Shown piece by piece: positions 11,136 to 19,837 of a stretch of DNA of 64,000 bases (positions are counted from its first letter, which is position 1; the number at the start of each line of letters is the position of its first letter). The position numbers and the translations under genes were made by a program. The stretch comes from Candidatus Bathyarchaeota archaeon (lineage in GTDB: Archaea; Thermoproteota; Bathyarchaeia; Bathyarchaeales; Bathycorpusculaceae): positions 320,001-384,000 of the forward strand of contig CAWGZR010000005.1 in assembly GCA_963827165.1 (NCBI GenBank). The letters run 5' to 3'. The notes under the pieces were generated by a model, which did no database searches, was not told where the DNA came from, and was given only the letters and a program-made list of their open reading frames with translations.

Positions 11136-11674
11136 AGCTTATACCCCTCCAACTTTAGCTTCTCAAAAATACTTTTCTGATTAACTTCATCCTTGCACTC
11201 TACGATTATTTCATAAGTCTCAGGAATAGAGAGCGAGACGTCACGTTCGCCTAACTCCTCAGGCAATTTCTCACCTATTGATTCAAGGAGCGCCTTTAAA
11301 TCATCTTTTTCACCCATCTGCAGTATGCGTATGTACTCGACGTTGTCCAACTCTTTGTTGTGTTTGCCTTTTAGCTTGTTGAGGATTTGCCTAAGCATCC
11401 TTCTATCCACATCACTGACTGGTAAGCGCAGAACGGGCGCGTAGAACTCGCTATGCTGCTTGCACACTTCAGCTCGTTGCTCGCCATCAGCATACACGCC
11501 GTCCTTGTTAGTTATTATTGGGTAAGCCCAACCGTACTTTTGCAGACTATGCCAAATCTGCTCTTGCTGCTTAACTGTGGTTCGGTTAGGATTGTTCTGG
11601 TCTGCAGTTAAAAGACGAATATCTTCACAAAGGGGCATAGGCTTCTGGAATTCTAAGGGTAGTCTTATTTTCAT
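11117..11674 (-). CDS. ParB/Srx-like N-terminal domain protein
   Basis: NNPNR...SLQKYGWAYPIITNKDGVYADGEQR matches the ParB-N pattern; C-terminal YEIIVEC...EGYKLRILTL. Confidence 0.8.
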   Translation of the reverse strand: MKIRLPLEFQKPMPLCEDIRLLTADQNNPNRTTVKQQEQIWHSLQKYGWAYPIITNKDGVYADGEQRAEVCKQHSEFYAPVLRLPVSDVDRRMLRQILNKLKGKHNKELDNVEYIRILQMGEKDDLKALLESIGEKLPEELGERDVSLSIPETYEIIVECKDEVNQKSIFEKLKLEGYKLRILTL

Positions 11675-11702
11675 TCATGAAACATTCGGTTTAAAACTAA
11701 GA

Positions 11703-12131
11703 TTATTGGTGCTTCTTTGCTTCCATTAACGCTTTAAGCTCAGCAATCTCGTTTGCTGCATTGGCTGATTTTATCTTGTGATCCTGTTTTTCCTTTAGCG
11801 TCTCTAACCCAAGCAAAGCTAAGAGACGTTCAGTTATGTCCACCATTTTAGAAAGGTAAACGGGTTTCTGAGCTTCGCTTGCCGTTTGGAAGTGAAGGCT
11901 TGCCATCCGGTAGAAGTAGTCATAGCGGTTAATCACCATGAGGCGAGCTTTATCCAAGTTGAAGACTTGGGTTAAGACAGGTTGCCAAGTATCGCGGGTT
12001 TCTGCGTCATAGTAGATATTTCTCTCTGAAGTTTGGTATTTTTCGCTCAGTAACTTCACAATTTCGCAGAGCGAGAAGCCTTTAGCTTCAAGCTTTAGAA
12101 ATTCTAAGCGTCTTTCTAAGACTTCATTCAA
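11703..12131 (-). CDS. HTH protein, terminase-small-subunit-like
   Basis: RRLEFLKLEAKGFSLCEIVKLLSEKYQTSERNIYYD HTH followed by a helical region; directly upstream of the ParB-like gene as in viral packaging modules. Confidence 0.55.
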   Translation of the reverse strand: MNEVLERRLEFLKLEAKGFSLCEIVKLLSEKYQTSERNIYYDAETRDTWQPVLTQVFNLDKARLMVINRYDYFYRMASLHFQTASEAQKPVYLSKMVDITERLLALLGLETLKEKQDHKIKSANAANEIAELKALMEAKKHQ

Positions 12132-12853
12132 GCGAAAGCCTCCAAAATTGAAATATGGATTTCATTGTCACTATAGTCTGTAGTTCGCCTTAGCATGTCG
12201 CCTTCTAACTTTACATTTCGCTTTTGCTCTTCAGATAGGAATTGGTATGGTTCCTCGAGGGTTGGAACATGGTATTTTCTGCAGATTTTAAAGTAGGCTT
12301 CCACTATCTCAAATATGTCACTGTCAGGTAAGCATTTTCTAAAGCTGTCAACGTTCGGTGCATAAGTCCAGTTTAAGGTTACATGGTGATAGAGGCGCAA
12401 ACAGATTTTCTCATATTCTAAAGATTGTGCCTTCAAGACATCCAACTTTTCATAAATAACTTTCATCTGTACTAGTGTTGTGAAGAAAAATTGGCTTCTT
12501 GGGTCTTTTTGCGCTTTACCCACGTCAATCTGCAGTGGTTCTTCTGGGGGTTCGTCCCAAACTATTCCAAGATGTTTTGATTCTTGCTGTGTCTGAGGAT
12601 ATTTTTCGATTAGGTATTTGCGCATCTTCGCATAATTGACAAAGACTGCCCACTCTGCTCCAGAAATCAAGGATAAATCGTTGCCTTCATTATCCACTTC
12701 TTCTGGAAACAATTGTTGCAGCGTACAATTTTTTGGATCTATACCCTCGTGCTTCAGCTTCTCGGCGACTTGAGGCGAAAACGCCTTAGCCTCATGGAGT
12801 TCCTTGTTTTTTTGAACCTCTTCGCATGTTTTTTCTTTGAAGTCGTCAAACAT
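12128..12853 (-). CDS. Hypothetical protein
   Basis: 241-aa ORF whose stop overlaps the next ATG (ATGA). Confidence 0.65.
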   Translation of the reverse strand: MFDDFKEKTCEEVQKNKELHEAKAFSPQVAEKLKHEGIDPKNCTLQQLFPEEVDNEGNDLSLISGAEWAVFVNYAKMRKYLIEKYPQTQQESKHLGIVWDEPPEEPLQIDVGKAQKDPRSQFFFTTLVQMKVIYEKLDVLKAQSLEYEKICLRLYHHVTLNWTYAPNVDSFRKCLPDSDIFEIVEAYFKICRKYHVPTLEEPYQFLSEEQKRNVKLEGDMLRRTTDYSDNEIHISILEAFA

Positions 12854-13120
12854 AATTTAGATCCTAAATGTTACCATATCTTTTCTCGATTTATTCGGAT
12901 TATAACCTGAAAGTGACTTAGCTACACGAGCCATTTGTTTTGCTTATTCTCTTTACTTCCGTTTCTCAATGCCGAACGCTAATGCTCAAGGATTGAAGTG
13001 ACAAAAGCCTTAACCCTCGATCTTTAACAATTCAAGTTTATATGCCTGATTTTTTTAAGGAAAAAAAGAGAAAGAGGCTGCGAAGAAAGGGTAAAATTGG
13101 CGATATCACCTGCTTCTTGG

Positions 13121-13146
13121 GGGTTCAAATCCCACCCCCTGCACCA
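13121..13146 (+). repeat. att site: duplicated 3' end of tRNA-Leu (T-arm, acceptor strand, CCA)
   Basis: GGGTTCAAATCCCACCCCCTGCACCA with no tRNA 5' half upstream. Confidence 0.8.
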
Positions 13147-13331
13147 ATATAATTAAAACTGTAAACACGCGTATTTCCGCAAAATCAGACCTATCCTTAT
13201 CGGCTCTAATTATTTTTGTAAACGAAAATTTATGGCGAATATTAACAGCTCAATTTGAGACACGAATTTCTTCTCAATAGTTTTTTAAGGCGATATGCCA
13301 ATAACTTTCCATTCGCTGTAGGCATTTACCT

Positions 13332-14483
13332 ATGGGTCGGGAGTTAACCAGTATTCACTTCACGGGATGCAAAATCATGAATAAAAAATTGTCAGTAGCC
13401 ATTTTTGTAACGTGTTTTCTTTTTTCACTTATACTTTTTTCACAAATATCCTATTGTCAAACATCAACACCAACCTCTACAACACAGCCAACCCCAACGA
13501 AAGGATCAATATTTGGAGGTTCCAATGCCTTATTGCTTATTGTCGGAATCGTAGCAGTTATTGCAGTAGTTGTTGGACTTACGTTTGTATTTGTTTTAAA
13601 AAAGGGGCCGAATGAAAAGCGCCTCAGTGGTTTTTCACCCCGTGACTTCGAAGCCTGGGTAATAAAGAAATTCAATGGTAAACCAGGCGACCCGTCTTGG
13701 GGAGTAAATGGGTTTACTGAGGGAGGTCAACCTCTTTTGATTAAACAGTCCGGCCCAGTCAGCTTGGCCGAGGTTGAAGCTTTCGTGAAAGTGTTAGTTG
13801 ACGGAAGGGCACAAATGGGCACAATTGTAGCGTTCGATTTTGACAACGATGCCTCTGAAGGAAAAATAATAGCGATGGATAATGGGGTTGAACTTCAGCT
13901 AATGTCCATAAATGAGCTTGTGAATAAGCGCTATGCTGATAGGATTAAAAACCTTGCGCGTTCACAGGTTACCTTTGAGGTGCCGCCTGCATATATGGCG
14001 AATGACCAAATGACTCGAGAAGCGCCCATTAATGAAAGAGCGCCAATTGAGCCCCAAAAAGAGGATCTGAAACCTCGGGTCTTCATATCTAATAGCAAAA
14101 CTCAGGTCTCCAATCAAGTGATGAAAATGCTAGATTTTCTGCATTTCGACTATGTAATGGGAGATAAAGAAGAAACAACCGTGCCAATTCCTAACAATAA
14201 ATTTGGAATGATGAAAGATTGTGATTGTGCAATAATAAATATCGCTGCCGCTGAACAGGAGAGGAGGTACAGTGGACTTTACGTCTTAAATACTAATGTC
14301 ACCTCTGAAATCAACGCAGCCTATCTGAACTACAGTAGGCAAGTTATTTTGTTGGTTGAGAGAAAAGTTGACTTGCCTGCAAATCTTAAGGGTCTGATAA
14401 GAATTGAGTATGATAGTGATGATTTATCTTTCAACGTTGCAATGGATCTCAAGGACGCATTGGAAGGCTTTAAAAAACTGTAG
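13332..14483 (+). CDS. Membrane-anchored protein with a degenerate Mrr-like endonuclease domain and a C-terminal TIR-like domain (likely start 13377)
   Basis: Signal peptide, Thr/Pro linker, TM helix; FSPRDFEAWV...GVNG...LLIKQS...GTIVAFDF; KPRVFIS...CDCAII...NVTSEINAA...VILLVE...LPANLKG. Confidence 0.75.
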   Translation: MGRELTSIHFTGCKIMNKKLSVAIFVTCFLFSLILFSQISYCQTSTPTSTTQPTPTKGSIFGGSNALLLIVGIVAVIAVVVGLTFVFVLKKGPNEKRLSGFSPRDFEAWVIKKFNGKPGDPSWGVNGFTEGGQPLLIKQSGPVSLAEVEAFVKVLVDGRAQMGTIVAFDFDNDASEGKIIAMDNGVELQLMSINELVNKRYADRIKNLARSQVTFEVPPAYMANDQMTREAPINERAPIEPQKEDLKPRVFISNSKTQVSNQVMKMLDFLHFDYVMGDKEETTVPIPNNKFGMMKDCDCAIINIAAAEQERRYSGLYVLNTNVTSEINAAYLNYSRQVILLVERKVDLPANLKGLIRIEYDSDDLSFNVAMDLKDALEGFKKL

Positions 14484-14531
14484 CATTCTCATCTCTCAAA
14501 TCAAGTTTGGACCAAGCTCTGTAGTCTTATT

Positions 14532-14556
14532 GAGGTTCAAATCTCGCCCTGCACCA
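14532..14556 (+). repeat. Second, degenerate tRNA-Leu 3'-end copy (older att)
   Basis: GAGGTTCAAATCTCGCCCTGCACCA shares GGTTCAAATC and CCCTGCACCA with 13121-13146. Confidence 0.65.
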
Positions 14557-14662
14557 AATCAAATACTTCCGCATAAAAAGCAAATGGATAGGCAAATGGG
14601 GAATAAGTTGCGCAAGACTTAAGCGCCCAATTCTATTTACTCAAATAAGATAAGGTTTCTTT

Positions 14663-14902
14663 ATGGTTCACAGAAGGGTGCGAGGGGGAAAATTCAAGAT
14701 TAAACATGTTGATAGGCAACCCCCGGTCGCGGTGGGTGACGAATTAGAAGTGAACATTACCGACCTGTGCCCAAGCGGGGATGGGATGTCGAAAATTCAA
14801 GGCTATATCATAACGGTGCCGAAAGCCAAGCCCAGAGACCGCGTAAAAGTAAAGGTCACACAGGTCGGCGAAAAAACGGCAGTCGGCGAAATAATCAAGT
14901 GA
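14663..14902 (+). CDS. TRAM-domain RNA-binding protein
   Basis: PPVAVGDELEVNITD...GDGMSKIQGYIITVP...VKVKVT. Confidence 0.9.
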   Translation: MVHRRVRGGKFKIKHVDRQPPVAVGDELEVNITDLCPSGDGMSKIQGYIITVPKAKPRDRVKVKVTQVGEKTAVGEIIK

Positions 14903-15027
14903 CTCTCACCAGACTCAAAAGAGATTTATCAATCAGCGATTAGATTGTGAGAAACCTTAAAACGGGGGTGGCGAAACCACTGCTAGCCAGTTGACGGGTC
15001 ATCTAAGTGTTTGGCGTCTACAGAGGA

Positions 15028-16227
15028 ATGTCGACACAGGCAAAATACCTAATCTATTCCTCGGTGCTGCCTTCAGTAGCATATGGGATGTTCTACACCG
15101 ACATAGCCTATTTTCTCACGACAGTTCAGGGTCTAAGCTTCAACCTTATGGGGCTCATCGTCACAATCATGGGAGTATCCACATTTGCCACGAGCATTCC
15201 CATGGGCATCGCAGCCGACAAATACGGCAGAAAACGAATCCTCATATTAAGCAACGTAATAGCCAGCCTCATAATAGCGGTTTTTGCTCTGACCACAAAT
15301 ACAGCGTTGTTGGTAACGGCGGCTGTTTTTGAAGGCGTTTCAGAAGCGGCTTCTTCAGCGTCCGTCAGCGCGTTACTTGCAGCGAAAGCAGAGGACACGA
15401 AAAGAAATAGTGTTTTCTCCATGTTCGGTTTCGCCAACAGCACCGCTTTCGGCATAGGCGCGGTTGCAATCTTGGCGACATCCTCGATGGCAGCGTTCAC
15501 AAATAAAGAAAGCCATGTTCTTCTTTACGTCGTACTTGCAGCGCTGAGCCTCTCCTCAACATTAATAATGTTGAAAATCACCGAGTCAAAATCCTCCAAA
15601 GCCAAAGCGTCGCTAAGCGAACTGCTTCCGAGAAAATCCAAAAACGTTTTAATCAAATATGTCTTAACTGGCGCCATTATCGCTGTGGGAGCGGGCATGA
15701 TTATTCCCTTGATGACGGCTTGGATGAAAGCCCAGTACGGCATACCTGACTCTTTGAGCGGCCCAATACTAGGCGTGTCAAGCATTATAGTAGGAGTATC
15801 CACGCTTGCAGCTCCTTCACTTGCGAAAAAATTTGGAGCTATAAAAGCCATAGTAATAACCGAGGGGGTCTCAACCATCTTTATGTTTGCAACGCCGTTA
15901 TCTCCGAATTACATTGCCGCCAGCGTAGTTTACACTTCAAGAGCTTTTCTGATGAACATGTCAAGTCCGTTGGCGCAATCGATGATAATGGGGTTGGTTC
16001 CCGAAGACGAACGCGGCGCAGCTTCGGGCATAAGCGCTGCACTTTGGAGATTGCCCAACGCGTTAAGTTCATTCGTCGGCGCATACCTTATAGGCATAGG
16101 ATTCTTAGCTGCGCCATTTTTCTTAGCGGCGCTATTATACCTGATCTCTATAGGTTTATTCTGGTATTTTTTCCGAAAAACGAAAATGCCTGAAGAAAAA
16201 GATAATCCTCAGAGTGAACTAAAATGA
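15028..16227 (+). CDS. MFS transporter
   Basis: About 12 TM helices; GIAADKYGRK motif A; ATG at 15028. Confidence 0.9.
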   Translation: MSTQAKYLIYSSVLPSVAYGMFYTDIAYFLTTVQGLSFNLMGLIVTIMGVSTFATSIPMGIAADKYGRKRILILSNVIASLIIAVFALTTNTALLVTAAVFEGVSEAASSASVSALLAAKAEDTKRNSVFSMFGFANSTAFGIGAVAILATSSMAAFTNKESHVLLYVVLAALSLSSTLIMLKITESKSSKAKASLSELLPRKSKNVLIKYVLTGAIIAVGAGMIIPLMTAWMKAQYGIPDSLSGPILGVSSIIVGVSTLAAPSLAKKFGAIKAIVITEGVSTIFMFATPLSPNYIAASVVYTSRAFLMNMSSPLAQSMIMGLVPEDERGAASGISAALWRLPNALSSFVGAYLIGIGFLAAPFFLAALLYLISIGLFWYFFRKTKMPEEKDNPQSELK

Positions 16228-16688
16228 ATGAGTTCAAAATCTTCATTGCAAAAACCGAAGACTCCGAGCTTCTAGTGAGGCACAGGCTAGGCATGTGGAA
16301 AGATATACGTCCCGAATTGAGTGAAAACGCTAAGAATATGGAGGAGACAACTCGCACATGGATTAAAGCCAAGCTGTCGGAAGGAGAACTAATGGGGTTC
16401 ATAGCCAAAACACAAGAAGGGACAGTCGCTGGAAGCGGATGCATTTGGCTTAGAGAAGACGCCCCCCGACCGTTCAACGTGCGCCTTGAGTCACCCTATT
16501 TTATGTCCATGTACACGGAGGAAGATTTCAGGCGGACCGGGGTTGCAAGCATGATTGTCCAGTGCGCCATCGACTGGTCCAGAGTACACGGCTACAAGAC
16601 CATTAGCCTCCATGCTTCGGAAGCCGGAATCCCGCTGTACGAGCGGTTCGGGTTCAAACAGACAACCGAAATGCGGCTCATGCTCTGA
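16224..16688 (+). CDS. GNAT N-acetyltransferase
   Basis: MYTEEDFRRTGVAS...LHASEAGIPLYERFGF. Confidence 0.9.
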   Translation: MNEFKIFIAKTEDSELLVRHRLGMWKDIRPELSENAKNMEETTRTWIKAKLSEGELMGFIAKTQEGTVAGSGCIWLREDAPRPFNVRLESPYFMSMYTEEDFRRTGVASMIVQCAIDWSRVHGYKTISLHASEAGIPLYERFGFKQTTEMRLML

Positions 16689-16764
16689 CATATTTCTGTT
16701 TAGCATTAGCTTTACCGTCTGCGCGATAATTTTTTATCCCTGACCGAACGTCTAATGGGTAGAC

Positions 16765-17010
16765 ATGATGTTTATGAGAGAGTCAAGCTGGAGATTGTTT
16801 GGAGCTGCGTTAGCGGTTTTAGGGGTTGTCTTCCTGCTCGGGGGATTAGCGGCTTATTTGGGCGATCATCCGCAGTATGAGGCAGTTTTGACTGTCTTCG
16901 GCGGGATTTTCCTTGTTTTTGGCGCAGGCTTGGTTGTAATCACTTTCTTTGAGAAGGACAAAGGTGATGCAACAAACATTAAAGCACCAATGAAAAAGAA
17001 AAAATCGTAA
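16765..17010 (+). CDS. Small two-TM membrane protein
   Basis: Two hydrophobic helices and a basic tail. Confidence 0.65.
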   Translation: MMFMRESSWRLFGAALAVLGVVFLLGGLAAYLGDHPQYEAVLTVFGGIFLVFGAGLVVITFFEKDKGDATNIKAPMKKKKS

Positions 17011-17140
17011 TTGACAACTTACCAAAAAAAGGACAGGTATTTAGCTTGCTCTACAAAGCTAAATGGAATCTGCATTTTTCTCTTTCTGGAAATATTCTTG
17101 AGTGCCTTCGCTTTGCGGTCTGTTGAAAATCTTCTTTGTT

Positions 17141-17210
17141 TGTCAAGTATTGTCAATTTGTGTCAAATCAGGTCATTTTATGTCAATTCAGGTCAAATTG
17201 TGTCAAAAAA
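17141..17210 (+). repeat. 10-bp-period array A (7 units, KGTCAWnnnn)
   Basis: tgtcaagtat tgtcaatttg tgtcaaatca ggtcatttta tgtcaattca ggtcaaattg tgtcaaaaaa. Confidence 0.9.
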
Positions 17211-17219
17211 AGTATCAAC

Positions 17220-17276
17220 CTGCAAATGATTCGAGCTTCCAAACAAAAAAACAACCCAAAACACAAATGGAAAATC
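17220..17276 (+). promoter_or_regulatory. Conserved anchor motif, copy A
   Basis: CTGC AAATGATTCG AGCTTCCAAA CAAAAAA ACAA CCCAAAA CACAA; aligns without gaps to copies B-E. Confidence 0.75.
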
Positions 17277-17300
17277 ACAGCAAAATACTTCCGTCAGAAT

Positions 17301-17410
17301 CGAAGACTGTGAAGAACGGTAATGGACTTCTGTAGACGTTAAAGGACTTTGGGAGACGGTAAAGGACGGTGAAGGACGGCAAGGGACGGTAATGGACTTT
17401 TAGGGACGGA
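17301..17410 (+). repeat. 10-bp-period array B (11 units, nnnRGACKKn)
   Basis: cgaagactgt gaagaacggt aatggacttc tgtagacgtt aaaggacttt gggagacggt aaaggacggt gaaggacggc aagggacggt aatggacttt tagggacgga. Confidence 0.9.
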
Positions 17411-17412
17411 TG

Positions 17413-17470
17413 CTGCAGATAATCTAAGCCCCCATGCAAAAAAGCAATGCATTACACAAACAAAAAATTT
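17413..17470 (+). promoter_or_regulatory. Conserved anchor motif, copy B
   Basis: CTGC AGATAATCTA AGCCCCCATG CAAAAAA GCAA TGCATTA CACAA ACAAAAAAT. Confidence 0.8.
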
Positions 17471-17530
17471 CTCTACCAAAAAACGCGGACCCAACGCTAA
17501 CAAATCTGCGGTCCTATCTTATGATCTATT

Positions 17531-17600
17531 TTTGACTTTTTGAGATGTTTTGGGAGAATAGTTGCAACCGATCCAAGCCCCAAACCAGAAAAGCAACCAA
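17531..17600 (+). repeat. Short degenerate array C (3 units, GA every 10 bp) plus anchor motif copy C
   Basis: tttGActttt tgaGAtgttt tggGAgaata, then TTGC AACCGATCCA AGCCCCAAAC CAGAAAA GCAA from 17562. Confidence 0.65.
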
Positions 17601-17693
17601 AACGACTTGTTCAATGACGCCGACACAAAAACTTTTGCGCCAAAAAGACGCCAGCAAAATATCAAAGCTTAACAGACCCAAAAAAGGTTTGGG

Positions 17694-19634
17694 CTACTTT
17701 ATTATCCGAGTGTTGTAGGTTTTCAGGTACGTTTGGTGTTGTGAATCTTGCGGGTAGGTTTCGCTTGATGGGTATGGAAAGCTTGTCATGGTTTGGAACG
17801 GAAGCGGGTTAACAGTAAAGGGCACGTAGGGTAACCCGTTGCCTTTAAACCAGCAGTTGGCAACCACGAAGTAGTCTCTTACCCAGCCTTTTGGAACAGG
17901 AGGCAAATCCGCTAGAAACTGGATTGAAACTACGTCTCCTTGTCGCCCGATCACGAATTGGTTGTCAGTAGACTGCTCCAGCGACGTGACATCGCCGTAC
18001 TTTGTGAAAGCGCCGCTGGAAGTTGAGTTGGAACCGTATGCCTGAGACAAGACAGCTGATGAAGGCGTTAGGGTGTATACATTCATATCCTGCTGAGGCG
18101 ACGTGCTTACACCGATGTAATCGAATTGGAACAGTTGGTAATAGTTTATTCTGAGCATGAAATTGTTAGTTGGGAACAGCCCGGTCAAGTTCACGTCGAA
18201 GGTCTGGTCAGTAGTTGCGGGAATAGGAAATTCTCTATTCTCTGGAACGTTTACCCAGCTTCCGTTCGCAGCCATCACCTGCATGTACGGCGGCGGCGAA
18301 GGCATCACACCCGGCTTGTTGGCGTAACTCATAAAATTCTCGCCTCCTGCGCTGGTGCTTGGCCATTCAGTACGCGCCGCAACCACCAAGTCGATATTCG
18401 TTGCACCCGACAAATTACCGAGATTAAGCGTTAAGTTATTCCATGTCCACCTGTTGGCCGTGGTGAAAACTCCATCCAGCTTAGAGACTTGCGGAAGAAC
18501 GTTTTGTCCCTCCCCGTTGATCGCTGAAACCGGCGTCGAAAAGTGGTTGTTTAAAGAATAGATTGTTCCCTGACCAGAAAGGTCATTAACGAATGTGCTT
18601 TTGGTCGAGAAAACATCCGTACCAGCGGGGTGGTCCACAGCCAGCAGTTTAACCGAGTCCAAATAGAAGATTTCGTTTGTGTCTTCAGCGATTTGCATGT
18701 TATAAAACCCGTTGAGAGGCTGCAGCTGAGTTGAATCGAGCTTTATGTAATCATAGGGGTAATTGTAGGAGAAAACCATTGAGCCGTCAGGATTGAAGTA
18801 CTCGAGAAAACCTAACCAGCCCGTACCATCATTAACGTCTGCCGCGTAACTGTAACCGGTTCCGTTCCACGCGTAAAGTTCAGGGCACGAAGTCGGCGCT
18901 GTCCTCGCATAATTTCCGACTTCATAAGTTAAGCCTTCAACATCGAACGCTTGGGTAAGGCTAGTAGACCCACCGTTCCATCCTGAAAAGCCATAGGTAA
19001 CCAATCCCCATTCACTGCTTTCAACTTGCTGTGAAGCTGGAACGGTAATAGTATGGGTGCCAACAGGCACCAGACCTGAGAATCCAGCGGTATACGAGAC
19101 GCCATCCAAACTAAATTTGATCCCTGGTATGTTCATGATAACATTTAAAGTATGCATGCCAGTCGGAACTACGTTAAACGTGTTAGCTTGCCCTCCCCCA
19201 TTCAAATTGTAGCTTCCAACGGCGCTCTCGTTCAACAAGGCAGTTACATTCAAAATAGTGCCTCCTGCCATCTGAATGGGAACGCTTTGCACTATGGCAC
19301 CATTTACCGAGAAAGGAAACAGATAGCTGATGTTTCCGCTCCCTCGATTCCTTACTTCAACTGAAACGGTGATGGTTTGGTTAGGCCACGCTTCAATCGG
19401 GTTAATGAATAAATTTGAAACAGTAACCGAGCTGGGTAACGCGGTTGGCGGAGGGGCAGCCGTAGGTTTAGGAGGCGCAGAAGGAACAGCAGGCGTAGGC
19501 GAAGGCGCATGCGGTTGGGAACCAAAATAGTTGTTTTCGTAGAAATATGCAATGGCATCTCCTGCCGCGATCAAAATCAACACGACAATAATGGCCGCTT
19601 GAATCTTGTTAATTGCTAAACGTGAAGTATGAAT
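17694..19634 (-). CDS. Surface/secreted protein with a class III (pilin-like) signal peptide, Pro-rich linker, CARDB-like Ig domain and a large C-terminal beta domain
   Basis: RLA|INKIQAAIIVVLILIAAG; PSPTPAVP linker; ITVSVEVRNRG; TSCPELYAWNG; first canonical start is GTG 19583, with an in-frame ATT at 19634 after GGAGG. Confidence 0.8.
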   Translation of the reverse strand: MHTSRLAINKIQAAIIVVLILIAAGDAIAYFYENNYFGSQPHAPSPTPAVPSAPPKPTAAPPPTALPSSVTVSNLFINPIEAWPNQTITVSVEVRNRGSGNISYLFPFSVNGAIVQSVPIQMAGGTILNVTALLNESAVGSYNLNGGGQANTFNVVPTGMHTLNVIMNIPGIKFSLDGVSYTAGFSGLVPVGTHTITVPASQQVESSEWGLVTYGFSGWNGGSTSLTQAFDVEGLTYEVGNYARTAPTSCPELYAWNGTGYSYAADVNDGTGWLGFLEYFNPDGSMVFSYNYPYDYIKLDSTQLQPLNGFYNMQIAEDTNEIFYLDSVKLLAVDHPAGTDVFSTKSTFVNDLSGQGTIYSLNNHFSTPVSAINGEGQNVLPQVSKLDGVFTTANRWTWNNLTLNLGNLSGATNIDLVVAARTEWPSTSAGGENFMSYANKPGVMPSPPPYMQVMAANGSWVNVPENREFPIPATTDQTFDVNLTGLFPTNNFMLRINYYQLFQFDYIGVSTSPQQDMNVYTLTPSSAVLSQAYGSNSTSSGAFTKYGDVTSLEQSTDNQFVIGRQGDVVSIQFLADLPPVPKGWVRDYFVVANCWFKGNGLPYVPFTVNPLPFQTMTSFPYPSSETYPQDSQHQTYLKTYNTRIIK

Positions 19635-19837
19635 GAAATCGCCTCCAATAAATCCTCAACACAATGATTCAAAACTCCTCATTTTTGCTAAAATCAGTCC
19701 AAATCTGGGTTGTCGCAAAGTGCAATATCTTTTAAAGGAACAAGTACGATTTGTAGTTTACTATTTTACCCGGTAGCCAAATAAAACATAAAGGGTTACG
19801 AGTAGTTAAAAACGAGAATTCGGTTGAAAGTAAACGA

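Larger units (their letters stand above)
1..13146. mobile_element. Right part of an integrated element (defence island / provirus remnant) inserted at a tRNA-Leu; left end and integrase lie outside the window
   Basis: Ends in a tRNA 3'-end copy (GGGTTCAAATCCCACCCCCTGCACCA); AT-richer than flanking core genes; cargo is type I R-M, nucleases, a PemK remnant and ParB/ABC-GNAT/HTH genes. Confidence 0.8.

Noticed and set aside
13121-13146. Complete tRNA genes at 13121 and 14532
   Set aside because: Only the T-arm and 3' acceptor strand are present; no D-arm or anticodon arm lies upstream.
17011-17335. ORFs 17011-17229 and 17102-17335 across array A
   Set aside because: A 10-nt period does not fit codon structure, the starts are weak and the products are not protein-like.
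17141-17600. CRISPR or TIGR array reading of the repeats (also 31851-32217)
   Set aside because: The period is 10 bp with no 25-45 bp repeat/spacer alternation, no box C/D-like pattern and no cas or Nop-domain gene in the window.
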